A stretch of DNA of 64,000 bases from Candidatus Gorgyraea atricola (GTDB lineage: Bacteria; Omnitrophota; Gorgyraeia; Gorgyraeales; Gorgyraeaceae). The position numbers and the translations under genes were made by a program. The stretch is from contig JAVCCW010000018.1 of NCBI GenBank assembly GCA_030765235.1, positions 25,465 to 89,464 of the forward strand, written 5' to 3'. The stretch's first letter is position 1; each line of letters starts with the position of its first letter. The notes beneath the pieces are model-generated. The model searched no databases, was not told where the DNA came from, and worked only from the letters and a program-made list of their open reading frames with translations. Shown in pieces: positions 56,407 through 64,000 of this stretch.

Positions 56407-58584
56407 TCACATTACCGCTTCCATTGTTAGTGCCGGATGACCGACCTTTTCCAGATGCGGCAATAACTTTTCCATGTCTGTAGCAACGGTCTCGTCAGCT
56501 ATTTTATTTATAAAATCTGGATCACCCAACTCTTCGCATCTCTTTTTTAATTTATCAGATAGAACCTCTTTTAATTCCTTAGGCATCCATACGACTCTTT
56601 TGAGCCCGCCTTCCGCTGAAATGAATTTCTTGCTGGCAATGTACAGTCTTCCAACACCCATGAAACCAGGTGTTTGCTGGCCTCCGCCTATAGTTCCCGC
56701 CAATGTAGAAAATCCCATACCAGCTGGCGTCGGGCCTGCGTATTCTCTATTTACCACCATAAAACCATTTGCCTCAGGCAATATCGCGATTATACATTCA
56801 AAGCACCCGCAGCTTGTCTCTGGCGAATCCATGATAGAATAACCGCAGAATCTATCCAGGCTGCGATTAGATTTTTGCGCAACAGCTTCATTTACACCTG
56901 TCCACTCACCTTTAACAGGGTCAAGACACTGGCCTTTTTTAATAGGTTGATTTGGCCCTGCAGGATTCAGCTCATTAGATGCCTTTGCGTCCAACCAGTT
57001 ATAAGCGCCGCAAAGGCCCAGCCTCTCAGGCTTTATTATGCATACATGATTTGGCGCAAAACTCTGACAAAGCGTACATGTCCAGAATAGATCTACGCTC
57101 TCATCTGTCATGCCAGCGACACGCGCATCCCTTTCATCATAGGCCTTTTGTGCCCCTTCTATATTTTTTTCAATATCTTCCTGCTTTGTATATACGGTGA
57201 CCTGTACTTTATCAGCTATTGCGCTAAACACATCATGAAACCTTGCATGCAGAATCACGCCAAAATGTTTTAGCTTAAGGCCTTTGTTTTTGGCATCTTT
57301 CGAGATCCTTATCCAGCACATGTCTCTCTGGCCCATATGAAAAATACCCATGGCCTCGTTCAAGAAACTATGTATCTGTCTCTCGAGTATTGGCTCAAAA
57401 TCCTTTTGCATCTTTCTGCCTGCTACCTCGACAACAATACCAAGAGGTATGGCCTTGCCTTCTTTGATATCATCGATTTCTGGTCCAATGACCTCGATCT
57501 TCCCATCCTCTACTTTAGCCGCATCTACCATTTTGACAAACTCGAATGCATCGGAGTATTTTCCGCCGAACTGCGCATACATCTGCTCGCGCCGAACTCT
57601 CTCGCCCTCGAATGCCGGAGAATAAGAAACTGGTATGGGGATCTCTGAGACCTTTAGTTTTATGCCTCGAAGTTCAATGGCCGCGGGTACTATTTTTTTA
57701 TGATCCAATTCTCTTATCACATGTTCGTATGTGCAGATACCTGTTGGCCTGATCTCAGGTATATTTGTATCAGCTATTATTGGAAAACCCATGTTTATGG
57801 CGCCTGCGCCTGTTGCGTATTTTACATCATCCAACTCATCCAAGACCATTCCAAACGCAAATACTCTGTCTTTACAATATTTTAGGCATTTCAGTGCCTC
57901 GCCTTTTCTGTGGCCGCCAAATGTAAGCGCGCCGCGAATAGCCCAGTTTAAAGGATATATGGCGCTCAGGGTATCTCTGCCGTAAGGCACTATATAGGTA
58001 TCCCAGCCCATTTCTACTTTTTCTTCTAGTAACTGGTCGATTATACTCCTACCGTTGACATTGCTGCCGACAAAGGTCATTATGCTGCGTTTTTGTAGCT
58101 CGCGTACAATATAAACAGCTGTCTTATTGTCTGGCGCAGCGCCTAAGATCGCTGCAAATCCAGGCATCCTGCCATCCACAAGCTGAATGCCAAGCGTACG
58201 CAGGATCGTATCTGAGAAAAATCCATTGCAGTCCTTTTGCGGTTCCTGATTATACAGGTAGCGCAATGCCATTATGATCTCTTCGCATAGTAACGCAGCT
58301 ATACCTGAATCCAGAGTATCTCCTAAATATGGCAGCCATATCTTCTGCGTGGGCTCATCGTGAAGCAGTGTCTTTGAAAAATCCAGGACCTCTTTGGCGC
58401 CGCTCAAGGTCTGCACTTCTTTTCCAAGCAGCGCGTATGCCATAGGAAAATAAAAAGCTGTCTCTGGAAACTTGACCTCACATGACTCGCCCTTCTCTTT
58501 TATAGCCTTTAATAGAAAATCTTCTGCTTCTTTATAAATTTTCTGCGCGCCTCTAATAGCAGCCGATGCAATGATCTTCGACAT
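56407..58584 (-). CDS. acsB: Acetyl-CoA synthase catalytic subunit (AcsB/CdhC, A-cluster)
   Basis: 725 aa; CGCFEC A-cluster motif. Confidence 0.92.
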   Translation of the reverse strand: MSKIIASAAIRGAQKIYKEAEDFLLKAIKEKGESCEVKFPETAFYFPMAYALLGKEVQTLSGAKEVLDFSKTLLHDEPTQKIWLPYLGDTLDSGIAALLCEEIIMALRYLYNQEPQKDCNGFFSDTILRTLGIQLVDGRMPGFAAILGAAPDNKTAVYIVRELQKRSIMTFVGSNVNGRSIIDQLLEEKVEMGWDTYIVPYGRDTLSAIYPLNWAIRGALTFGGHRKGEALKCLKYCKDRVFAFGMVLDELDDVKYATGAGAINMGFPIIADTNIPEIRPTGICTYEHVIRELDHKKIVPAAIELRGIKLKVSEIPIPVSYSPAFEGERVRREQMYAQFGGKYSDAFEFVKMVDAAKVEDGKIEVIGPEIDDIKEGKAIPLGIVVEVAGRKMQKDFEPILERQIHSFLNEAMGIFHMGQRDMCWIRISKDAKNKGLKLKHFGVILHARFHDVFSAIADKVQVTVYTKQEDIEKNIEGAQKAYDERDARVAGMTDESVDLFWTCTLCQSFAPNHVCIIKPERLGLCGAYNWLDAKASNELNPAGPNQPIKKGQCLDPVKGEWTGVNEAVAQKSNRSLDRFCGYSIMDSPETSCGCFECIIAILPEANGFMVVNREYAGPTPAGMGFSTLAGTIGGGQQTPGFMGVGRLYIASKKFISAEGGLKRVVWMPKELKEVLSDKLKKRCEELGDPDFINKIADETVATDMEKLLPHLEKVGHPALTMEAVM

Positions 58585-58596
58585 ATCTCCTCCTGA

Positions 58597-59886
58597 TTAT
58601 AATGTCATTGTTGTTTCTTTGAATTCCTTTTGCTTAAAGCCCTGCTTTGAGTTCTTTACAATATTGACTATCTTGCCATAATTAAAATGGTCTTCGAGGA
58701 TCGTATCTTTTATTGCGCTTACATCTACTTTATTCTTGATCAAGGTACCCAGGATACCGATTGTTTCAACTGCGTTTAGCGTTATGGCGCCTACAATAAT
58801 GCCGTTACGCAAAACTATTTTCTTGTAGATCTTTCTATTCTCGTCTTTTTTTATCAGTTCTTCGTATATATCTTTCTTGGGCTTTGTGATCCCTATTGAG
58901 ATCACAGGCAGGCCAAAAAACTCCAAAGAATTCATGGCAAGAGAACCTTCATAAGATTCTTTCTCACCTGTCATATTTAAACCAGCGATCCTGCCTTGTT
59001 CGCAGGCAGCTGGCCAGATCGCGTTTATCGAGTTCTCTTCTAGAGCAATGTCATGCGCCTCAGCAACATCACCGGCTGCAAAGATATCTTTGTTATCCGT
59101 CTTTAAAAATCCGTCCGCTAATATCCCCCAGTTTGTCTTTATTCCCGCGTCTTTTGCTATAGCTATATTTGGGCTGACCCCTTTACCTATAATAACCAGC
59201 TCGCAGGGATATTCAGATCTATTGTCGATGATCAAATTTTTAACAGAATCGCTTCCTTTGATCTCGGTTGCAGCGCTTCCAGTCTTGATCTTTATGCCTT
59301 TTTCTTCTATATGTGCCTGCATTATGTCAGCAGAACCTTTGTCTATTATTTGGGAAAGGATCTGAGGCGACCGCACAAATACTGTGACCTCTTTACCTCT
59401 ATTCTTAAGCGCGTATGCAGCTCGCAGACCCACAAGACCGCCACCCAGTACTGCGACCTGCTTGACCCTGCCCAGCATGGATTGCATTTCCAAGGCATGC
59501 TCTATAGTCCTTAAAGGAAATACACCTTTTTTGTCAACGCCTTTTACGCTTTCCATCTTTGCGGACGCGCCTGTTGCAATAAGAAGCTTGTCGAATTTTA
59601 TCTTTTCTTTGTTCGCGAGAGTGATCTCTTTTTTGTCAGTGTCTATTTTTTCTGCCCTGACCCCTAAAACGGTATCGACCTTGTTTTCCTTGAAGAAATT
59701 TTCAGACCGGTACCATATTTTTTTCTCGTCAATAGTCCCTGCCAGAAAATATGAGATCAGGCATCTGGAGTAAAGAGGTGTTTTTTCGTCAGATAAAACT
59801 ACTATCTTGGATTTTTTATCCTTTGAGCGAATGGCCTCTATCGCGTTTATGCCAGCAGCGCTGGAGCCAATGATCACGTATTGCAT
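58597..59886 (-). CDS. FAD-dependent pyridine nucleotide-disulfide oxidoreductase (CODH-associated)
   Basis: VIIGSSAAGINA and VAVLGGGLVGLRAA dinucleotide-binding motifs. Confidence 0.8.
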   Translation of the reverse strand: MQYVIIGSSAAGINAIEAIRSKDKKSKIVVLSDEKTPLYSRCLISYFLAGTIDEKKIWYRSENFFKENKVDTVLGVRAEKIDTDKKEITLANKEKIKFDKLLIATGASAKMESVKGVDKKGVFPLRTIEHALEMQSMLGRVKQVAVLGGGLVGLRAAYALKNRGKEVTVFVRSPQILSQIIDKGSADIMQAHIEEKGIKIKTGSAATEIKGSDSVKNLIIDNRSEYPCELVIIGKGVSPNIAIAKDAGIKTNWGILADGFLKTDNKDIFAAGDVAEAHDIALEENSINAIWPAACEQGRIAGLNMTGEKESYEGSLAMNSLEFFGLPVISIGITKPKKDIYEELIKKDENRKIYKKIVLRNGIIVGAITLNAVETIGILGTLIKNKVDVSAIKDTILEDHFNYGKIVNIVKNSKQGFKQKEFKETTMTL

Positions 59887-60395
59887 AATTTTTTCTTAAA
59901 CTCCTTTTCTGTGCCTAAGAATAACGCGGCTGTCTGGCATGCCTCTACGCATGCGGGTATATCCCTATCAGGACAAAGGTCGCACTTTACAATGATCTTA
60001 TCTTGTTTCTGCCTTGAAAGTGCGCCAAATGGACAGCTCATTATGCACATCCAGCAGCCCACGCATTTTTCTTCATCATGTTTTGTCTGACCGGTCTTCT
60101 TGTCTTTATACATCGCACTAGACATGCACGCTGCTACGCACGGCGCGTCCTCGCAGTGATGACAGCCTGTTGAAATAACTATACCCCATTCCAAATTGCC
60201 AGCTTCTGTAATTTTAGGAAATTTGGAACGGGGCACGTCTCCCTCGATTGATTCAGCCTTGCGCCTTTTTATTGGCAGCGGCCTTTCTTTTATTGCCTCA
60301 TCAAGCTTTTTGGATTTAGAATGCTCCACTGCGCATGCAATCTCGCATGCCCTGCAGCCTATGCATTTTTTAATATCACAATATATTTTTTTCAT
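59874..60395 (-). CDS. cooF: 4Fe-4S ferredoxin, CooF-like
   Basis: Several CxxCxxCxxxC(P) motifs. Confidence 0.85.
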   Translation of the reverse strand: MKKIYCDIKKCIGCRACEIACAVEHSKSKKLDEAIKERPLPIKRRKAESIEGDVPRSKFPKITEAGNLEWGIVISTGCHHCEDAPCVAACMSSAMYKDKKTGQTKHDEEKCVGCWMCIMSCPFGALSRQKQDKIIVKCDLCPDRDIPACVEACQTAALFLGTEKEFKKKLCNT

Positions 60396-60399
60396 AACC

Positions 60400-62316
60400 T
60401 TATGCCGCAGTAGCGTACATCCTGGGTTTCAACTTTAATGCCTTGCGTTTTCTATCTATGTGCTCTATCATCATATGCGCTGCCTTTATGGGATCCTCCT
60501 CAAAAGCGAATTTACCACCAACGACTTCTTCAATCTCATTGCATATATAATTAGTGACATTTTTACTTCCTAATACAGGTTGAGCACCTCCAAAAATTGT
60601 AAAAACACCTGAAGCAACAAAATACATACCTATGGATATGGCCTTCTGGCTCATCCATTCAGGCGCAGCGCCTGCTGCAGGCAGATCAGAAATATCTTCG
60701 CCCAGCCCACCTTCCTTTACAACTTCGGCTGCAGCTATCAGGATACGCGAATTATCCACGCAAGAGCCCACGTGAAGAACAGGAGGAATACCCACTGCCT
60801 CGCAGACCTCTCTTAGGCCAGGGCCTGCCATTTCCATTGCTGCTTCGGGCGTCATAAGGCCTGCCTTTGCGCATGCGATAGCTGAGCAGCCAGTCTGCAA
60901 TACTATGACGTCGTTTTTGATCAACTCCTTAACCATTTCGATATGGGCCCAATCATGTTTTATCTTTGGATTATTGCATCCAACCACTCCTCCTATGCCG
61001 CGAATCCTTCCAGATATTATTGCATCGTTTAATGGCCTGTAAGTGCTCCTAAAACGGCCGCCCAATATCTGCTTAACCTGTTCTGCTGTAAACCCAGCCA
61101 CTAAGTCCATTATCTCTTTTGGGATATTCACTCTATTCTTATCTCGCTTTTTATAATTGTCGACTGCTCGCTTTATTATGCTTTTTGCTACCTCGTAGGC
61201 CTTTTCTTCCTTGAATTCAATGTGAGTTACTCCTGGAAATTTCAACTTAGGCGAGGTAGTGACGATCTCTGTATGAAAACACTGCGCCAGGTCTGTCAAT
61301 GCAGGCATAATACACTGTACATCCACCATCATGACTTCTACCGACCCTGTAAGGATCGCTAACTCCTGCTGGAGAAAATTCCCGGCAGTGTGTACACCGT
61401 GGCGCATCAGTATTTCATTGGCAGTGCAGCACATACCCACTAGATTGATTCCTTTTGCGCCTTGTTTTTTTGCCAGTTCCAATAATTCTGGATCTTTGCA
61501 CGCCTTAACAGCCATTTCTGAAAGCGTAGGCTCATGGCCATGTACTACAACATTGACCTCATCCTCTTTTAAGACCCCAAGATTTACCTTGCTCCTTATG
61601 GGTTGGGGGCTGCCTAGCATTATGTCCTGTAACTCAGTAGCTATCATTGAGCCGCCCCAGCCGTCGCCCAATGAACACCGCATGCCATGTGTGATTATGT
61701 TTTTATAATCATTGTCCACACCCATGTGAACTCTGTGCAGTGATTCGACTATTTCTCTGTCTATTCCCCGAGGCATAATGCCCAACTTTCTCCACAGCTC
61801 CACCCTTTTCTTGGGCGCCCTTGAAACAAATTTCAGCTCGCCATGCTGCTGCCCAAATTCAGAAAGCGCCTTTTCAGCAATCTCTTTGGCTATTTCGATA
61901 TCTGACTTTCCATCTACAGAGATCTCGTATATCCTGGCAATCTCTATGAGTTTTATTTTGTCTGAAATGCCATAATCGTGCGTTTTTCCTTCGCCAACAA
62001 GGGCTAGCGTATGGGCCACATCCCTGCCATGGTCTGAATGCGCTGCTGCGCCAACTGCTATGTGGTTGAGCAGGTTTCTTGCAACTATTGTGTCAGCATT
62101 AGCGCCGCATACGCCGACCTGCGCGCCTTCGCCAAACGGGTCTATTCTGCACGGACCCATCCTGCAATTCGTGCAACACACGCCCAGCTCGCCAAAGCCG
62201 CATTGCGGCTGCATCGCCTCCAGCCTGTCCCACGCAAGCTGTACTGAATCTTTCTCTGCCTGTTTTAGAATATGTTGAGACGCTTTATCTGCAGACCTCT
62301 CTGAATACTTCGTCAT
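60400..62316 (-). CDS. cooS: Anaerobic carbon monoxide dehydrogenase catalytic subunit
   Basis: CGFGELGVCCTNCRMGPCRI; 638 aa. Confidence 0.93.
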   Translation of the reverse strand: MTKYSERSADKASQHILKQAEKDSVQLAWDRLEAMQPQCGFGELGVCCTNCRMGPCRIDPFGEGAQVGVCGANADTIVARNLLNHIAVGAAAHSDHGRDVAHTLALVGEGKTHDYGISDKIKLIEIARIYEISVDGKSDIEIAKEIAEKALSEFGQQHGELKFVSRAPKKRVELWRKLGIMPRGIDREIVESLHRVHMGVDNDYKNIITHGMRCSLGDGWGGSMIATELQDIMLGSPQPIRSKVNLGVLKEDEVNVVVHGHEPTLSEMAVKACKDPELLELAKKQGAKGINLVGMCCTANEILMRHGVHTAGNFLQQELAILTGSVEVMMVDVQCIMPALTDLAQCFHTEIVTTSPKLKFPGVTHIEFKEEKAYEVAKSIIKRAVDNYKKRDKNRVNIPKEIMDLVAGFTAEQVKQILGGRFRSTYRPLNDAIISGRIRGIGGVVGCNNPKIKHDWAHIEMVKELIKNDVIVLQTGCSAIACAKAGLMTPEAAMEMAGPGLREVCEAVGIPPVLHVGSCVDNSRILIAAAEVVKEGGLGEDISDLPAAGAAPEWMSQKAISIGMYFVASGVFTIFGGAQPVLGSKNVTNYICNEIEEVVGGKFAFEEDPIKAAHMMIEHIDRKRKALKLKPRMYATAA

Positions 62317-62325
62317 CTTGCCTCC

Positions 62326-63192
62326 TTATAATCCAGCTGCATCCAATACTAAAGGTACTTTCTTATCCCAGCCAATAGGCATGATGTGAATACCATGGCA
62401 CATGGGTTTTAGTTCTTTTATTAGCCGTGCTGCTATCTCTATTGATTTAGCGCTTCTATCCTGCGCCTTGTCCATCTCCTGAATGAGATCGTCAGGCACA
62501 AACACGCCGCTCACATTTTTATTCATGAATTTTGCCATGCCTGCTGATTTTAAAAGCACAATGCCTGCAATAATCGTGGTTTTTAAATGCTTTGACGCGT
62601 CTAAAAATTTCTTGAACAGTTCTATATCGTAAATCGCCTGGGTCTGGAAAAACTGCGCGCCAGCTTCGATCTTCTTCTCCATCTTTATAACTTCTGGCTC
62701 TATAGGATCTGCGCCTGGATTCACAACCGCGCCTGTGCAGAATTTTGGAGCGCCCTTTAATTCCTTTCCTGCCATGTCTTTTCCTGACTCGAGCGTCCTG
62801 ATCGCATCTAAAAGCTGCACTGAATCCATGTCAAACACAGGCTTTGCATCAGGATGATCACCTAATGCAGGATGATCACCTGTTAGCGCCAACACATTCT
62901 CTATGCCCAGGACCGCTGCTGAGAGAAGATCAGACTGAAGAGCAAGCCGGTTCCTATCCCTACATGTCATCTGAAATACTGGCTCTAAGCCTTGCTCGAT
63001 CAAAAGCTTGCATATAGCCAAAGACCCCACGCGCATCACTGAGCTCTGTAGATCAGTGACATTTATCGCATCCACTTTACCTTTAATAAGCTCTGCGTCT
63101 TTTAACACCTCTTCAATATCCGTACCCTTAGGTGGCCCTATCTCAGAGGTAATTATGAACTTCTCTGTCTTGATTCTTTCGCATAAAGACAT
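62326..63192 (-). CDS. metF: Methylenetetrahydrofolate reductase
   Basis: TIM-barrel MTHFR, 288 aa. Confidence 0.8.
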   Translation of the reverse strand: MSLCERIKTEKFIITSEIGPPKGTDIEEVLKDAELIKGKVDAINVTDLQSSVMRVGSLAICKLLIEQGLEPVFQMTCRDRNRLALQSDLLSAAVLGIENVLALTGDHPALGDHPDAKPVFDMDSVQLLDAIRTLESGKDMAGKELKGAPKFCTGAVVNPGADPIEPEVIKMEKKIEAGAQFFQTQAIYDIELFKKFLDASKHLKTTIIAGIVLLKSAGMAKFMNKNVSGVFVPDDLIQEMDKAQDRSAKSIEIAARLIKELKPMCHGIHIMPIGWDKKVPLVLDAAGL

Positions 63193-63204
63193 GTTGCTCC
63201 TTTT

Positions 63205-63320
63205 GGTTGTGAGGGTGAGTTATGTGTTATGAGTCGGGTTGTGGGGGTGGGTTGTGAGGCGCTAACTCACTACCCACAACTCACAACTCGACCCACAACC
63301 CATAACCCACCCACACCCTC
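63205..63320. repeat. Hairpin repeat family B copy 2
   Basis: ggttgtgagggtgagttatgtgttatgagtcgggttgtgggggtgggttgtgagg...cccacaactcacaactcgacccacaacccataacccacccacaccctc. Confidence 0.8.
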
Positions 63321-63321
63321 A

Positions 63322-64000
63322 TTACTTCTGCAACTTAGTCGTTTCCAGCAGATTCTTCATAAGTATGGCTACGGTTAAAGGGCCTACGCCGCCTGGAACA
63401 GGCGTGATATACGCGGCTCTTTCCTGCGCCTTATCAAATTCCACGTCTCCAACCAACTTGCCTTCTACTCGATTTATGCCTACATCAATAACAATCGCGC
63501 CTTCTTTTATCCACTCGCCCTTTATGAGCCCTGCTTTGCCCACTGCAACTATCAGAATCTCTGCCTTTTTTACAAATTCGGGTAAGTTTCCTCTTTCGCC
63601 TGTAGCAATATGACACACAGTAGTAGTCGCAAATTTATTTAGCAGCATGAGCGCCAGCGGTTTTCCGACTATCTCGCTATGCCCTACTACAACAACCTCT
63701 TTTCCGTAAAGCTTCAATCCTTCGATCGAATTTAATATCTCCATACACGCTGCAGCTGTGCACGGCAAGACCTTTGCGTTGCCAAACACGATCTCGCCCA
63801 TGTTCTGCGGGTGCACTGCCTCTACATCTTTTAAAGGCGCTATGTGCTTGGATATTGACTTGGCATCTATGTGAGAAGGAAGCGGCATCTGAATAATTAT
63901 GCCATTAACCGCAGCATCTTTATTTAATTTCTCAATGGTCTTTATAAGGTCTGCCTGCGAGACATCTGAGGCGAGTTTTTCAATATGATAATCTATGCCG
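63322..64000 (-). CDS. folD: Bifunctional methylene-THF dehydrogenase/methenyl-THF cyclohydrolase; 5' end beyond window end
   Basis: Reading frame stays open upstream of the annotated Met (...NKDAAVNGIIIQMPLPSHID...), so the true N-terminus lies beyond position 64000. Confidence 0.88.
   Translation of the reverse strand, partial: GIDYHIEKLASDVSQADLIKTIEKLNKDAAVNGIIIQMPLPSHIDAKSISKHIAPLKDVEAVHPQNMGEIVFGNAKVLPCTAAACMEILNSIEGLKLYGKEVVVVGHSEIVGKPLALMLLNKFATTTVCHIATGERGNLPEFVKKAEILIVAVGKAGLIKGEWIKEGAIVIDVGINRVEGKLVGDVEFDKAQERAAYITPVPGGVGPLTVAILMKNLLETTKLQK

Overview
The window is a gene-dense stretch of a bacterial chromosome, about 45% GC. I count about 70 protein genes, and all but two are on the minus strand. 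The taxon is not established. Two genes resemble small conserved proteins I recall as restricted to the Planctomycetes/Verrucomicrobia/Chlamydiae group, and a GmhA plus split HldE ADP-heptose cluster points to a diderm cell with LPS.

The most coherent system is a split Wood-Ljungdahl / CODH-ACS gene set. The first block is folD, metF, cooS, cooF, an FAD oxidoreductase, acsB and acsC at 54.9-64 kb. The second block is acsD, acsE, cooC and the corrinoid activator RACo/acsV at 33.1-37.7 kb.

Housekeeping genes I can support include rnc, aroB, aroQ, efp, pepP, accB, accC, pfkA, thiC, trpA, trpB, lepA, lepB, rpe, ruvX, plsY, pgsA, dgt, a DinG-like helicase and a tRNA-Gly(CCC). I found three genes missing from the six-frame ORF track by hand: an endonuclease-III-like gene with a TTG start at the left edge, rpsU and tatA.

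The most unusual features are these:
1. Many distinct families of intergenic hairpin repeats, several of them built from imperfect heptamer tandem units. Short in-frame heptamer repeats also sit inside three unrelated coding sequences.
2. An inverted pair of MITE-like elements with 20-bp terminal inverted repeats, flanking an AT-rich small membrane-protein gene.
3. An AT-rich gene for a signal-peptide protein with a Pol-beta-type nucleotidyltransferase motif, next to a long GC-rich inverted repeat.
4. A two-gene module next to the 3' end of tRNA-Gly: a P-loop ATPase resembling the archaeal-type/STAND family, plus a 99-aa Cys-rich protein.
5. An AT-rich pair of secreted proteins of unknown function.

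I found no rRNA, CRISPR array, transposase or integrase. All homology calls are from reading the translations and motifs by eye, without database searches.
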